From assembly GCA_010909165.1 (NCBI GenBank), contig VJWM01000205.1:124001-188000 (forward strand): DNA of 64,000 nucleotides. The letters are read 5' to 3'. Source of the DNA: Anthoceros angustus. Taxonomy: Eukaryota > Plantae > Anthocerotophyta. The position numbers were made by a program, and so were the translations under genes. Shown here in pieces: positions 26,322 to 37,800 of the stretch. The first letter of the stretch is position 1, and each line of letters opens with the position of its first letter. Below the pieces are notes generated by a model. That model did no database searches and had not been told where the DNA came from. It saw only the letters and a list, made by a program, of their open reading frames with translations.

Positions 26322-27240
26322 TTAGCAGCTACACACATGGAACAAATAGCAGTGGGTTCGTGAAGCCGCCAGCCGGTAATTAATGCGCCCGTCCACTGTA
26401 TGATAAGCCTTGGCGATGTGATGTGCAGCTTCCAGAAGTTGAAATCGGCCTTCATCATTTGCTGAGAAATCAACGTGGATCACGAAATTGTCCAACATGT
26501 TGTACACGAAGCACAACCGCAACCGATGCAGAAAGGCATTCGAGCCATCCATGTCTTTCTTCACGATCATGAACTCACCTGCCTCAGCCGAGACAGTTGC
26601 ACACATATCTCTCAACCCTGCCTCAGGCCCTGTCCGTAGCATGTGCCGGCGGTGCTCACGCAATACACCAAATTGGCGCACCCAGATGTCGTTCCTCCAT
26701 TGATTCCATTTTTGGCACTCTGCCTCCCGCTGCAAAGCAAGACGCAAATTCCCGTGCACACTTCCTCCATCTGGAACAAGTGCAAGGCCAATGTTGGGCA
26801 CATTCTCCACCACCACGACATCAAAAATTGAGGTTGTCGGGTTCGGCAGCATGAACAACTTCTCCTTCAAGGTTGCGATGTGCACATAGTACCAGCCTAA
26901 GGGTAGTTTCCGCACCTCCTTCACGACGCAGGCAACGTGCACAGCCAACTCTTTGCCCTATTCCAAGACTCCGATGCCCAGGCGGCTTGAATAGGCTGCC
27001 CACGCTTTCGTCTCCAGAGGTGGTTCAAAAGGCCTGACCAAAGCGAGGGGCCCAAACACTACACAATTAACCTTGCCACAAATGAAGTGAGGATCGAACT
27101 GTAAGACTCCGCCTTCCTTCATTACTTGAAGTACCCGCCGTCCATCTCCTAGCTTCCACACATTCGGCAGGCTCTAGACATCCGTTGCCTTATGAACCCA
27201 CACAAGCACTTCGTCACCGTTGGACATGACACCTAGATCT
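26322..27240 (-). pseudogene. Unidentified decayed ORF (~300 codons, two in-frame TAG stops)
   Basis: ORFs 26958-27161 and 26322-26948 share a frame and are separated only by a TAG; another TAG lies just upstream. Composition looks protein-like, but I recognise no family. Confidence 0.35.
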
Positions 27241-27522
27241 GCTGACACACTGGTCACCCGTTTCTCAACTGGTGTGCCACATTCACTCCTCTCATATGCT
27301 TTTGATTATGCACGACAATCGAGACGTGTCAACCTTGATCCTCTTCTTATTAGCTTAGGACCACCGTTCGATGGTATAGTCAGCACGGACAGGGCTGATA
27401 CCTATGGATAACAAATTTACCAAATGGTTGTCCCACCAGCTAATAGCAGCTATCTTACGTGTGGCGTGCACTCTCCATTGTAGATCCTGCGCTTTGCATA
27501 TCGTTTGAGCCGGGCACCATTG
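27240..27522 (-). mobile_element. piggyBac-type transposase relic, C-terminal part of the catalytic domain
   Basis: LQWRVHATRKIAAISWWDNHLVNLLSIG..IERWS, then (after a frameshift) HNQKHMRGVNVAHQLR. This fits the piggyBac W.DN..V..LS and YN..MGGVD..DQ motifs. Partly duplicated at 30118-30316. Confidence 0.75.
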
Positions 27523-30500
27523 TGCCCTATTAAATAATAAGCATTATTACAGCTGCCCTAATTCATAATTAATCTGGGTTATTGAAGTGAAGTGTTATTA
27601 TGAAACGCTGTCCCATGAAACGGTTTTACTTTAGTTTAGTTTTGGGGCATGAAACAGTTGTCTTTTTGTCTCCTTCTTGTACCATTCTTGAGTTCTCTTG
27701 CTGATGCACTCTTTGCACACTCTGTGATCGTGTGTGATTCTGTGTGTCATGATCCAATACCTTTTTATGGTATCAGAGCATGGTATCTAATCTGTTGCTT
27801 GTTTATAGTTGGTGAGACATACAGCTGGGACCTAGTTGCCCATCCCGTCGCTGAGGATGCACAACTAGGCTCCCAACTATGCCCCCAACTATGCCCACCA
27901 CCTGCGCACAAGCATGAGACTAACAATTTCATGAAGTTTTCTAATAAAACGGCTATGCGCCAGAATCTATTCTATCAGGCACGTAGCTCATGGAGAATTA
28001 CTCCTAGTTTGCCAAGATGGCACTGTTTGCTTCCTGTAGACCAAGAAATACATAATCCCTTGGTCATAATCGTAGCCAGAATTATGTTTTCCATTTCACG
28101 CTAGATGCTGTACTTCTGATGTACTGACCTCACATCATTGGCCATGACAAGGAACACGAATTACAATTCCCCATTCAAAAAAGCTATTTTAATATCCATC
28201 TGATGGACAAGTAGATGATTTTGTATAGCATAGCATAATAGGATCAACATAAAAGTAGGTTTTACAACGGGACTGAATGTCTCGTTATAGTCCAAACCCT
28301 AGACTTCTGTATAGCCCCTTGACTGAATGTCTCGTTATAGTCCAAACCCTAGACTTGTGTATAGCCCCTTGCTACTAAGCGTGCTTTGTAGCGGCTATAG
28401 ATCCATTAGGGTTCAATTTGAGCTTAAATATAATGTGGGGCTCCTATAGTCAGGATGAGGAAGGTTGATCATCAAATGTGACCATGCACGTGGGTCTAAA
28501 AATAATCTGCAGCTATGTTCAAAGGTAAGCTTCTTGGTGAAAGAAGGTTTTTGATCATGGTGGGGACATGTAAAACACCCTTTAAGATGATATGATGCCC
28601 ATGATTAAGTTTCGACAACATCTCTTGTCAGTAAATGGCAAGAGCTCTGTCACCTAACAAGACAAACTGGCTTGTTGGTGATGTGGTGTAGGTGAGGAAC
28701 ATATCATGGGAGTGGCAAATATGATTAGTTGCCCCCAAATCAAGAAACCACATGTGTTTTTCTGCCTTGGTGAGTGAGAGGCAGACAGCTAAAATGGCTG
28801 TGCTTTATTGTTGTTATTATTAGGCCTAACAGTCACATTTGTTTCTGCTGCAGGACGCCTCAGCTCCCTTGCAAGCTTTTTCCAGCACTCATTCTCATAG
28901 TGGCCTGGAATGCAACACCAGTTGCAGGGGCCTTTAACCCTGCATGGTGTAGATGTGTTGCCTTGTCCATTGTATGGCCATCTAGGGCCTGTAGTGGGCC
29001 GTTATCCGCCATGGCCCGACTAGATTCTTCTTCAAGCAAGGCGCCAACAATTTCAGATAAGGTAATGGAAGGGTTACCCCGGGAAACAGCTGCATTTACT
29101 ACTTGTCTAATTATTGAAGCTTAGGGCGGCGAAGGTCCGATAGCTTGTAGGTAGAGAGGTCGCACGCTGCCATCGCCCAATGCATTATTGTGGCCCCTAC
29201 CGATGATAACTTTGCACGTAGTGTGCGAAATTGATGCATGTGATGCTCGATTGAGTCGGACTCCTTCATCCGAAGTGAATAGACGATACATGTGGCATTC
29301 ACAAGTGACATAGCGTCCTTGGCTGCAAACATATCCTTAAAGACTTTCCAAACTACAGCAGAGGTAAGCTGTCCTTGTGTTGAAGGGGTAACCCTACACT
29401 AGTCAACTAAAGGATAAACTAGGGTTATCTATAATGGGTTAGTTAATCAATGGTACTTAAACAATTTTGTTTATTACTCGATTCATTATTACATTTGGTA
29501 GTTTGTACGCACAAGGCTCTCTCCTCTCACGGCTCTCGCCCTCTTCTCCCAATTTTACATGGTATCAGAGCCCCAGTTCTGATGCTTCTGTCTCGATCTC
29601 AAGTATGCCTCGGCATGGTGATTTTGTCGGTCAGGGGCGCGGTTCGCTTCTCTATAGATGCGAAAATTCACAACGCTTCTAGGGCAGCACGAATAGAACA
29701 TACAGCATATTCACTTGTGGGGAGGGCATATCGCAATCAAAAAGCGGTCTCCGAGGAGCGCCAATTGCTTGAACTCCACCGGCGCAATTCTCGCTTGATA
29801 TTTCAAAGCTCGTAACAATTGCTTCAGGGATCAAAGGAAGGACAAGAGGAACAGGCAAGAAAAGACATCCAGTTCTACCAACTACTCCTGTAGGCTGCCC
29901 AGACCACGACGATCTGTGGACTCCATATAATTCCCTAATAAGTTAGTTATGATCTTCCCTTCTCCATACAAGGGTCCTCAGTTCCTGCAAAAACCAGAGA
30001 GCACAATCAGTCGATCAGTCACCACACACTCACAGAAACCCACAAGTTTGCTAACCTGCAGGTGGATGAAGCTTACCAACAATGATTTAATCACACTGCA
30101 GCAGCATCGTCAACACCACCTTGATCCTCTTCTTATTAGCTTAGGACCACCGTTCGATGGTATAGTCAGCACGGACAGGGCTGATACCTATGGATAACAA
30201 ATTTACCAAATGGTTGTCCCACCAGCTAATAGCAGCAGCTATCTTACGTGTGGCGTGCACTCTCCATTGTAGATCCTGCGCTTTGCATATCGTTTGAGCC
30301 GGGCACCATTGTGCCCTATTAAATAATAAGCATTATTACAGCTGCCCTAATTCATAATTAATCTGGGTTATTGAAGTGAAGTGTTATTATGAAACGCTGT
30401 CCCATGAAACGGTTTTACTTTAGTTTAGTTTTGGGGCATGAAACAGCTTGTCTTTGTCTCCTTCTTGTACCATTCTTGAGTTCTCTTGCTGATGCACTCT

Positions 30501-32876
30501 TTGCACACTCGTGATCGTGTGTGATTCTGTGTCATGATCCAATACCTTTTATGGTATCGAGCATGGTATCTAATCATTGCTTGTTTATAGTTGGTGAGAC
30601 ATACAGCTGGGACCTAGTTGCCCATCCCGTCGCTGAGGATGCACAACTAGGCTCCCAACTATGCCCCCAACTATGCCCACCACCTGCGCACAAGCATGAG
30701 ACTAACAATTTCATGAAGTTTTCTAATAAACCTATGTAATCTATTCTATCGTGCACGTAGCTCATGGAGAATTACTCTAGTTTGCCAAGATGGCACTTTA
30801 TTTCCTCAGAGACCAAGAAATACATAATCCCTTGGTCATAATCGTAGCAATTATGTTTTCCATTTCACGCTAGATGTCACCGATGTACCGACCTCACATC
30901 ATTGGCCATGACAAGGAACACGAATTACAATTCCCATTCAAAAAGCTATTTTAATATCCATCCGATGGACAAGTAGATGATTTTGTATAGCATAGCATAA
31001 TAGGATCAACATAAAAGTAGGTTTTACAACGGGACTGAATGTCTCGTTATAGTCCAAACCCTAGACTTCTGTATAGCCCCTTGACTGAATGTCTCGTTAT
31101 AGTCCAAACCCTAGACTTGTGTATAGCCCCTTGCTACTAAGCGTGCTTTGTAGCGGGCTATAGATCCATTAGGGTTCAATTTGAGCTTAAATATAATGTG
31201 GGGCTCCTATAGTCAGGATGAGGGAAGGTTGATCATCAAATGTGACCATGCACGACGTGGGTCTAAAAATAATCTGCAGGCTATGTTCAAAGGTAAGCTT
31301 CTTGACTGAAAGAAGGTTTTTGATCATGGTGGGGACATGTAAAACACCCTTTAAGATGATATGATGCCCATGATTAAGTTTCAGCTTAACATCTCTTGTG
31401 CCGTAAATGGCAAGAGCTCTGTCACCTAACAAGACAAACTGGCTTGTTGGTGATGTGGTGTAGGTGAGGAACATATCATGGGAGTGGCAAATATGATTAG
31501 TTGCCCCCAAATCAAGAAACCACATGTGTTTTTCTGCCTTGGTGAGTGAGAGGCAGACAGCTAAAATGGCTGTGCTTTATTGTTGTTATTATTAGGCCTA
31601 ATCACATTTGTTTACTGCGGGCGCCTCGGCTCCTTGCAAGCTTTTTCCAGCACTCATTCTCATAGTGGCACGGAATGCACACCGCCTCCTTTAACCCTGC
31701 ATGGTGTAGATGTGTTGCCTTGTCCATTGTATGGCCATCTAGGGCCTGTAGTGGGCCGTTATCCGCCATGGCCCGACTAGATTCTTCTTCAAGCAAGGCG
31801 CCAACAATTTCAGATAAGGTAATGGAAGGGTTACCCCGGGAAACAGCTGCATTTACTACTTGTCTAATTATTGAAGCTTAGGAACTGACGAAGGTCCGAT
31901 AGCTTGTAGGTAGAGAGGTCAGTAATGCTGTCACTGCCTCCAATTCTGTTATTGTGGCCCCTACTGATGATAACTTTGCACGTAGTGTGCGAAATTGATG
32001 CATGTGATGCTCGATTGAGTCGGACTCCTTCATCCGAAGTGAATAGACGATACATGTGGCATTCACAAGTGACATAGCGCCCCACGTGCAAACATATCCT
32101 TAAAGACTTTCCAAACTACAGCAGAGGTAAGTCGTCCTTGTGTTGAAGGGTAACCTACACTAGTCAACTAAAGGATAAACTAGGGTTATCTATAATGGGT
32201 TAGTTAATCAATGGTACTTAAACAATTTTGTTTATTACTCGATTCATTATTACATTTGGTAGTTTGTACGCTGGCTCTCCTCTCACGGCTCGCCCTCTTC
32301 TCCCAATTTTACATGGTATCGAGCCCCGATGCTCATCTCGATCTCAAGTATGCCTCGGCATGGTGATTTTGTCGGTCAGGGGCGCGGTTCGCTTCTCTAT
32401 AGATGCGAAAATTCACAACGCGCTTCTAGGACAGTACCAGCCGAATAGAACGCCCTGGCATATTCACTTGTGGGGAGGACAGCATATCGCAATCAAAACT
32501 GGTCTCCAGACAGGGAGCGCGCCGAATTGCTTCGGGAACTCCACCGGCGCAATTCTCAGCTTCGATATTTCAAAGCTCGTAACAATTGCTTCAGGGATCA
32601 AAGGAAGGACAAGAGGAACAGGCAAGAAAAGACATCCAGTTCTACCAACTACTCCTGTAGGCTGCCCAGACCACGACGATCTGTGGACTCCATATAATTC
32701 CCTAATAAGTTAGTTATGATCTTCCCTTCTCCATACAAGGGTCCTCTGCAAAACCAGAGAGCAACAACATCACCACCACACACTCACAGAAACCCACAAG
32801 TTTGCTAACCTGCAGGTGGATGAAGCTTACCAACAATGATTTAATCACACTGCAGCAGCATCGTCAACACCACCTT
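27332..32876. repeat. ~2.79-kb tandem duplication (27332-30117 / 30118-~32876)
   Basis: The copies are near-identical; the second has many 1-3-nt indels. Confidence 0.92.
27830..29377 (-). mobile_element. Inverted, internally deleted Ty1/Copia remnant (gag, protease, part of RT; no integrase seen). Gag continues at 34621-34890; duplicated at ~30600-32140
   Basis: Gag SLRMKESDSIEHHMHQF..LTSLPTSY, protease WFLDLGATNHIC, RT RYKARLVARGYTQ and HQMDIKIAFLNG. Gag N-terminus MEAILEEHDLMDKIDG lies at about 34760-34830. Confidence 0.88.
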
Positions 32877-34620
32877 CAGTCACCTCTCCTTTGGCGGGCA
32901 CGAAGTGGACTGGCAAGGGTACCCTAGCAGCCATCTTCAGCAGCTCAAGGGCATGCTCCACGCTGGTGTTTTCAGGCTGCTTGGGATGTCCTCGGTCGCC
33001 TGATTCTGGCCACAGCGACCTCTATCGACCACCTGCTCTCCCACCCAGCAAACCTAATCAGCTGCTCCACTTTGAACGGCGTCCACCCAGCTTCGTCCTT
33101 CTCAGTCTTCTTCTTCTTCAGCAATGATCCGCTTTTCACGTGCCTTCTTTTCCTTTGGCGGGCACGCACGTGAGTATCAACTCCATACTTGTGGCCGCAC
33201 GTGCATCGTCAAGTCCCAACGATGGATCGCAATGATAAGGGGCAGCGCGAGGATGAGTGCAAGGAGAGCAAGGATCTCACCGTGGACTTAGCCATTTTCG
33301 TGGAGCTCTAGCGTAATCGGTTAGGCGGCTTCAATGGAGCAGGACGTAGGGTTATCTATAATGGGTTAGTTAATTAATGGTACTTAAACAATTTTGTTTA
33401 TTACTCGATTCATTATTACATTTGGTAGTTTGTACGCTGGCTCTCCTCTCACGGCTCGCCCTCTTCTCCCAATTTTACATGGTATCGAGCCCCGTTCGAT
33501 GCTTCTCGATCTCAAGTATGCCTCGGCATGGTGATTTTGTCGGTCGGGCGGTTCGCTTCTCTATAGATGCGAAAATTCACAACGCTTCTAGGGCATTCAC
33601 CAATAGGCATACAGCATATTCACTTGTGGGGAGGATGATATCGCAATCAAAAGCGGTCTCCGACAGGGCCTTGCTTGAACTCCACCGGCGCAATTCTCGA
33701 TATTTCAAAGCTCGTAACAATTGCTTGAGGATCAAAGGAAGGACAAGAGGAGCAGGCAAGAAAAGACATCCGTTCTACCAACTACTCTGTGGCTGCCCGA
33801 CCACGATCCGTGGACTCCATATAATTCCCTAATAAGTTAGTTATGATCTTCCCTTCTCCATACAAGGGTCCTCGGTTCTGCAAAACCGAGCACAATCGAT
33901 CGGTCACCACACTCACGAAACCCACAAGTTTGCTAACTGCAGTGGATGAAGCTTACCAACAATGATTTAATCACTGCAGCAAAGATCAACACCACCTTGA
34001 TCCACCTCTCCTTTGGCGGGCACAGTGGGTGGCAAGGTACCCTAGCGACCATCTTGGCTCAAGGGCATGCTCCACGCTGGTGTTTTCAGGCTGCTTGGGA
34101 TGTCCTCGATCGCTGATTAAGCCACAATGACCTCTATCGACCACCTGCTCTCCCACCCAGCAAACCTAATCAGCTGCTCCACTTTGAACGGCGTCCACCC
34201 AGCTTCGTCCTTCTCAGTCTTCTTCTTCTTCAGCAACAGATCTGCTTTCTTTTCACGTGCCTTCTTTTCCTTTGGCGGGCACGCGCAGCTGTGAGTATCA
34301 ACTCCATACTTGTGGCCGCTGCATGTCGTCAAGTCCCAACGATGGATCGCAATGATAAGGGCAGCAGTCGCGAGGATGAGTGCAAGGAGAGCAAGGATCT
34401 CAGCTGTGGACTTAGCCATTTTCGTGGAGCTCTAGCGTGTAACTGTGCTAGGCGGGGCGGCGCTTCAATGGAACGGGACGTAGGGTTATCTATAATGGGT
34501 TAGTTAATTAATGGTACTTAAACAATTTTGTTTATTACTCGATTCATTATTACATTTGGTAGTTTGTACGCACAAGGCTCTCTCCTCTCACGGCTCTCGC
34601 CCTCTGCTCGCAATTTTACA
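29378..34620 (+). mobile_element. TRIM-like non-autonomous LTR element (182-bp LTR, PBS-Met) in tandem LTR-internal-LTR form, inserted in Copia gag
   Basis: LTR TGTTGAAG...TTTTACA at 29378-29559 and 32141-32313, each followed by TGGTATC(A)GAGC. 5'-truncated LTRs at about 33348 and 34481-34620. TSD CCTTG at 29373-29377 and 32136-32140 on the left, 34621-34625 on the right. The gag reading frame resumes across it. Confidence 0.85.
34117..34419 (-). other. Antisense cargo ORF in the TRIM-like element: N-terminal hydrophobic helix plus Lys-rich segment (frameshifted copy at ~32880-33296)
   Basis: MAKSTAEILALLALILATAALIIAIHRW...CACPPKEKK... Confidence 0.45.
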
Positions 34621-34895
34621 CCTTGTGTATGCTGCATCATGTTTTTATCAAGAGCTGATAGGAGGATGCTTCCAGCTCTCGTCTTTCTTATGCCAAGCTA
34701 TAATGACGTTTGCTATCACAATACCTGGTACTGGTGGAGGAATAGGAGCTGTTGGTTGTGCGAGGGAGCCATCTATTTTGTCCATGAGGTCGTGCTCCTC
34801 AAGGATGGCTTCCATCCGCATTTGCCGTACAACATTGTAGACTGTGGGCTCTCCCCTTGGGTAGGTAATCAGCTGGGTTTTTTTTTTTTCGTAAG

Positions 34896-37800
34896 TGTGG
34901 AGTGGAAAATAAGGCGAAAAGGGAGAAATAAGGCCGGAGTAACTCCGGACTGCACTCGAGTAGGCAGAGAGACTCCGGACCGCACTCCGGAGTAGCTACG
35001 GACGGCCCTCCGGAGCGGATACAGACCGCACTCTGGAGTACACCACGGTAAGTCCGGACTACACTCCGGAGTAAGTCATGATAAGTACGCCAAGGAAAGT
35101 AACTTGGGAGCGGGAAGCGTAGGAGGGGCCACGTGGACGGTGCTGAGTGGTGGACAGGCATGCAGTGGACCGGGGCCGTAGGGTTGCCAGTGGCCATTAT
35201 AGGCACGTATTCACGCTCCGAGTACAGGGCGCCAGCGTAAGGCTAGAGTACGCGGTTGGCGGTACCAGCGTAAGGCTAGAGTACGCGGTTGGCGATACTA
35301 GCGTAAGGCTAAATGCAGTTGGCGGTACAGCGTAAAACTAAATCTGCAGTTGGCGATACCAGTAAGGCTAGAGTATGCGGTAGCGTAAAACTAAATGCAG
35401 CAGTTGGCGATACCAACAGAAGGCTAAATCTGCAGTTGGCGGTACCACAGTAAGGCTAAATCTGTGATACCGGCGTAAAGAGCTAAATGCAGTTGGCAGT
35501 ACAGTAAGGCTAGAGTATGCGGTAGCGTAAAACTAAATCTGTGATTGGCGATACCAACAGAAGGCTAGAGTAAGCCATGCGAGCCTCGCGATTCTGACGG
35601 CGAAGGGCGCCCTCCCGCTTTGGTTACTCGCCGGCCGAGCGAAGGTCATTCTTCCAAGCGACCTCGCGACGGTTTTCGCAATCTCTCGCGCTCAGACACC
35701 CGGCTCTCTGGCGTTGTCTCTTCAAGCGCTCAAGCACCCTTACGAGCAGCTCATCCTCGTGGTTAGAGCGACCGACGCAGCGACAGAAGGACAGAGGATT
35801 GTTGAGCCTCAACCCCCAACAGCGGAACAAGAGGAGTGCAGCAATGGGGCCCAAGAAGGCGGCGGAAGTGTGGGAGCCCTGGCGCCTGGTGGAACGGAAC
35901 ATCGTCACCAAGCGCTACCTGATTTCGGACCTTGGTTGGCGGAGGCGGAGGAGCTGGTGGAAGACTGCACTGGATATTTTCAGGTATCGGACCAGCGTCG
36001 CCCTAGTCCGGGAATATGCCCGGAAGATGTTGGCAGCGGCCAACAAGGAGGTCCGCTCCAAGAACCTCAGGGAAGACCCCAGGAGGTGGACCGTGGAGGT
36101 CCTGAGGCGGTCTACAACCGTCCAGCGGAGGAAGTAGGAGGAGTGGTTCCGGAGCCCCTGAAGGTGAAAGGGAAGGTGGACGCGGCCAGGGCGGCCCTCT
36201 TGAGACCGGGAACGCAGCGATCCTCCAACGGATGGCTGATGTCGGACCTTCTAGACAGGAGGGTGCGAGCAATGGTGAAGATCATTGTCCACTGGAACAT
36301 GCTCACCAAGGTGGACCACCTTGGTGACAACTTGCTCGTGTTCCTCCACGCCCTGCAGAGAGGGAAACGGGCCGACTGGGGAAGAATTATCTTCGCCAAG
36401 ATCAACCAGGAGGCCAGGAAGTTGAGGAGTGAGAAGCCACCCCCGTCGGCGTTGTCGCCGTTTATTATCCATGTGTGGGGGCACATGAACCTCCTGAAGG
36501 AGGGAGAAGAAGAGCGGGCGCTGCGGAAGGGATCGCGGCCCCGCCTCAAGGCAGCGTGAAGGAAGAACGCGGGAGGCGAAGGCCGCCAGGCCAAGCGGCC
36601 AAGAGGAGGCGATTGGGAGGGGATTCCGGACTCCATACGTCTGGAACGGACCCCCTCGCCATCTAGGGAAGTGTGGAAAGACATTTCCGCTTCCCTTCTC
36701 TTAGTCCCTTCACCGGAGCACCCTGCGCAAGAGGAGGCGGCCACAGAAGGAGGCCGTGAGGAGAGCAGAGAGGATGCCACAGCCCCACAACGGCCCCAGC
36801 TGTTGAACCCCGCCGGACTAGGCGGGAAGCGAAGAGGCGAAAGACGACCCCCACCAACGCAGCGCCAGATCAAGACTGCCCCGCCAATGGAGTGGCAGGA
36901 AGCTGAGGAGGCCGTGAGGAGAGCAGAGAGGGATGCTGCTCAGGGAGCGGGAGGACACTGGCAGCAACCCCACCCCGAGCCCGTCCTGTCCCCAACCGGG
37001 AGAGGCAAGAGGGCCAGCTCTCGGACCCCCTCACCACCTCCGAGCCCCAAGCGAAGACGGGCGGAGAAAGAGCTAGCGGCCAAAAGGGCCAAGGAGGTGG
37101 AAGGTCCGGCCCGAAACATTGGGTCCGGAGACATTGGTCCGGCCTCCCTCCGGACTGCAGTATGGCGGTCCCTAACGGACCGAGAGATGCCGTACGACCG
37201 GACTTCTTGGGTGCCTCCCAGTGGCCGTAGAGCCTGCAACTGGCCATGGACGGTATGCCTGGGTCTCATGAACTGAGAAGACCCAAGAAGTGGAGGCCAC
37301 CGCACGAATGGTGGAGCTGTGACAAGTGAGGCGGCCCAAGCGGCCAAGAGGAAGGCGAACACCCTCGCAAGAGTCGAAGAGGAGAAGAGCAGGCGGAGTC
37401 GGTGAGGTCCGCCTAACAAGACCGGGCGTGATTCTCCAAATGTGAACAAGCAAGCCAGAGGCCGGGCAAGGAGGAGGACCTTTGCAACGGAGGAAGCCTG
37501 TGAGCTGGAGGAAGCCCAAGGCAAAGGGTTAGGACCCGCCGAGATGGCTGGCAGAGCAACACCAAGCCTCGGAGGCTCAGGTGAAGACGGCGCGAGGCCG
37601 AGGCCGCGGCGAAGACAGATAGGGACCACTACCGGCGAGACCGAAACCGTGGAGGAGGCGGGAGGCGAACACCTCAAGGCCCTAGAGGTCCCGAGGCGGA
37701 GGAGGCGAGGCATGGGCAAGCCGTGAAGAAGAAAGGAGGCCAGGACCCGGGAGATAGAGGATCTCCGGGCAAGCCGGTGGAGGAGACGGTAGCGGGCTAA

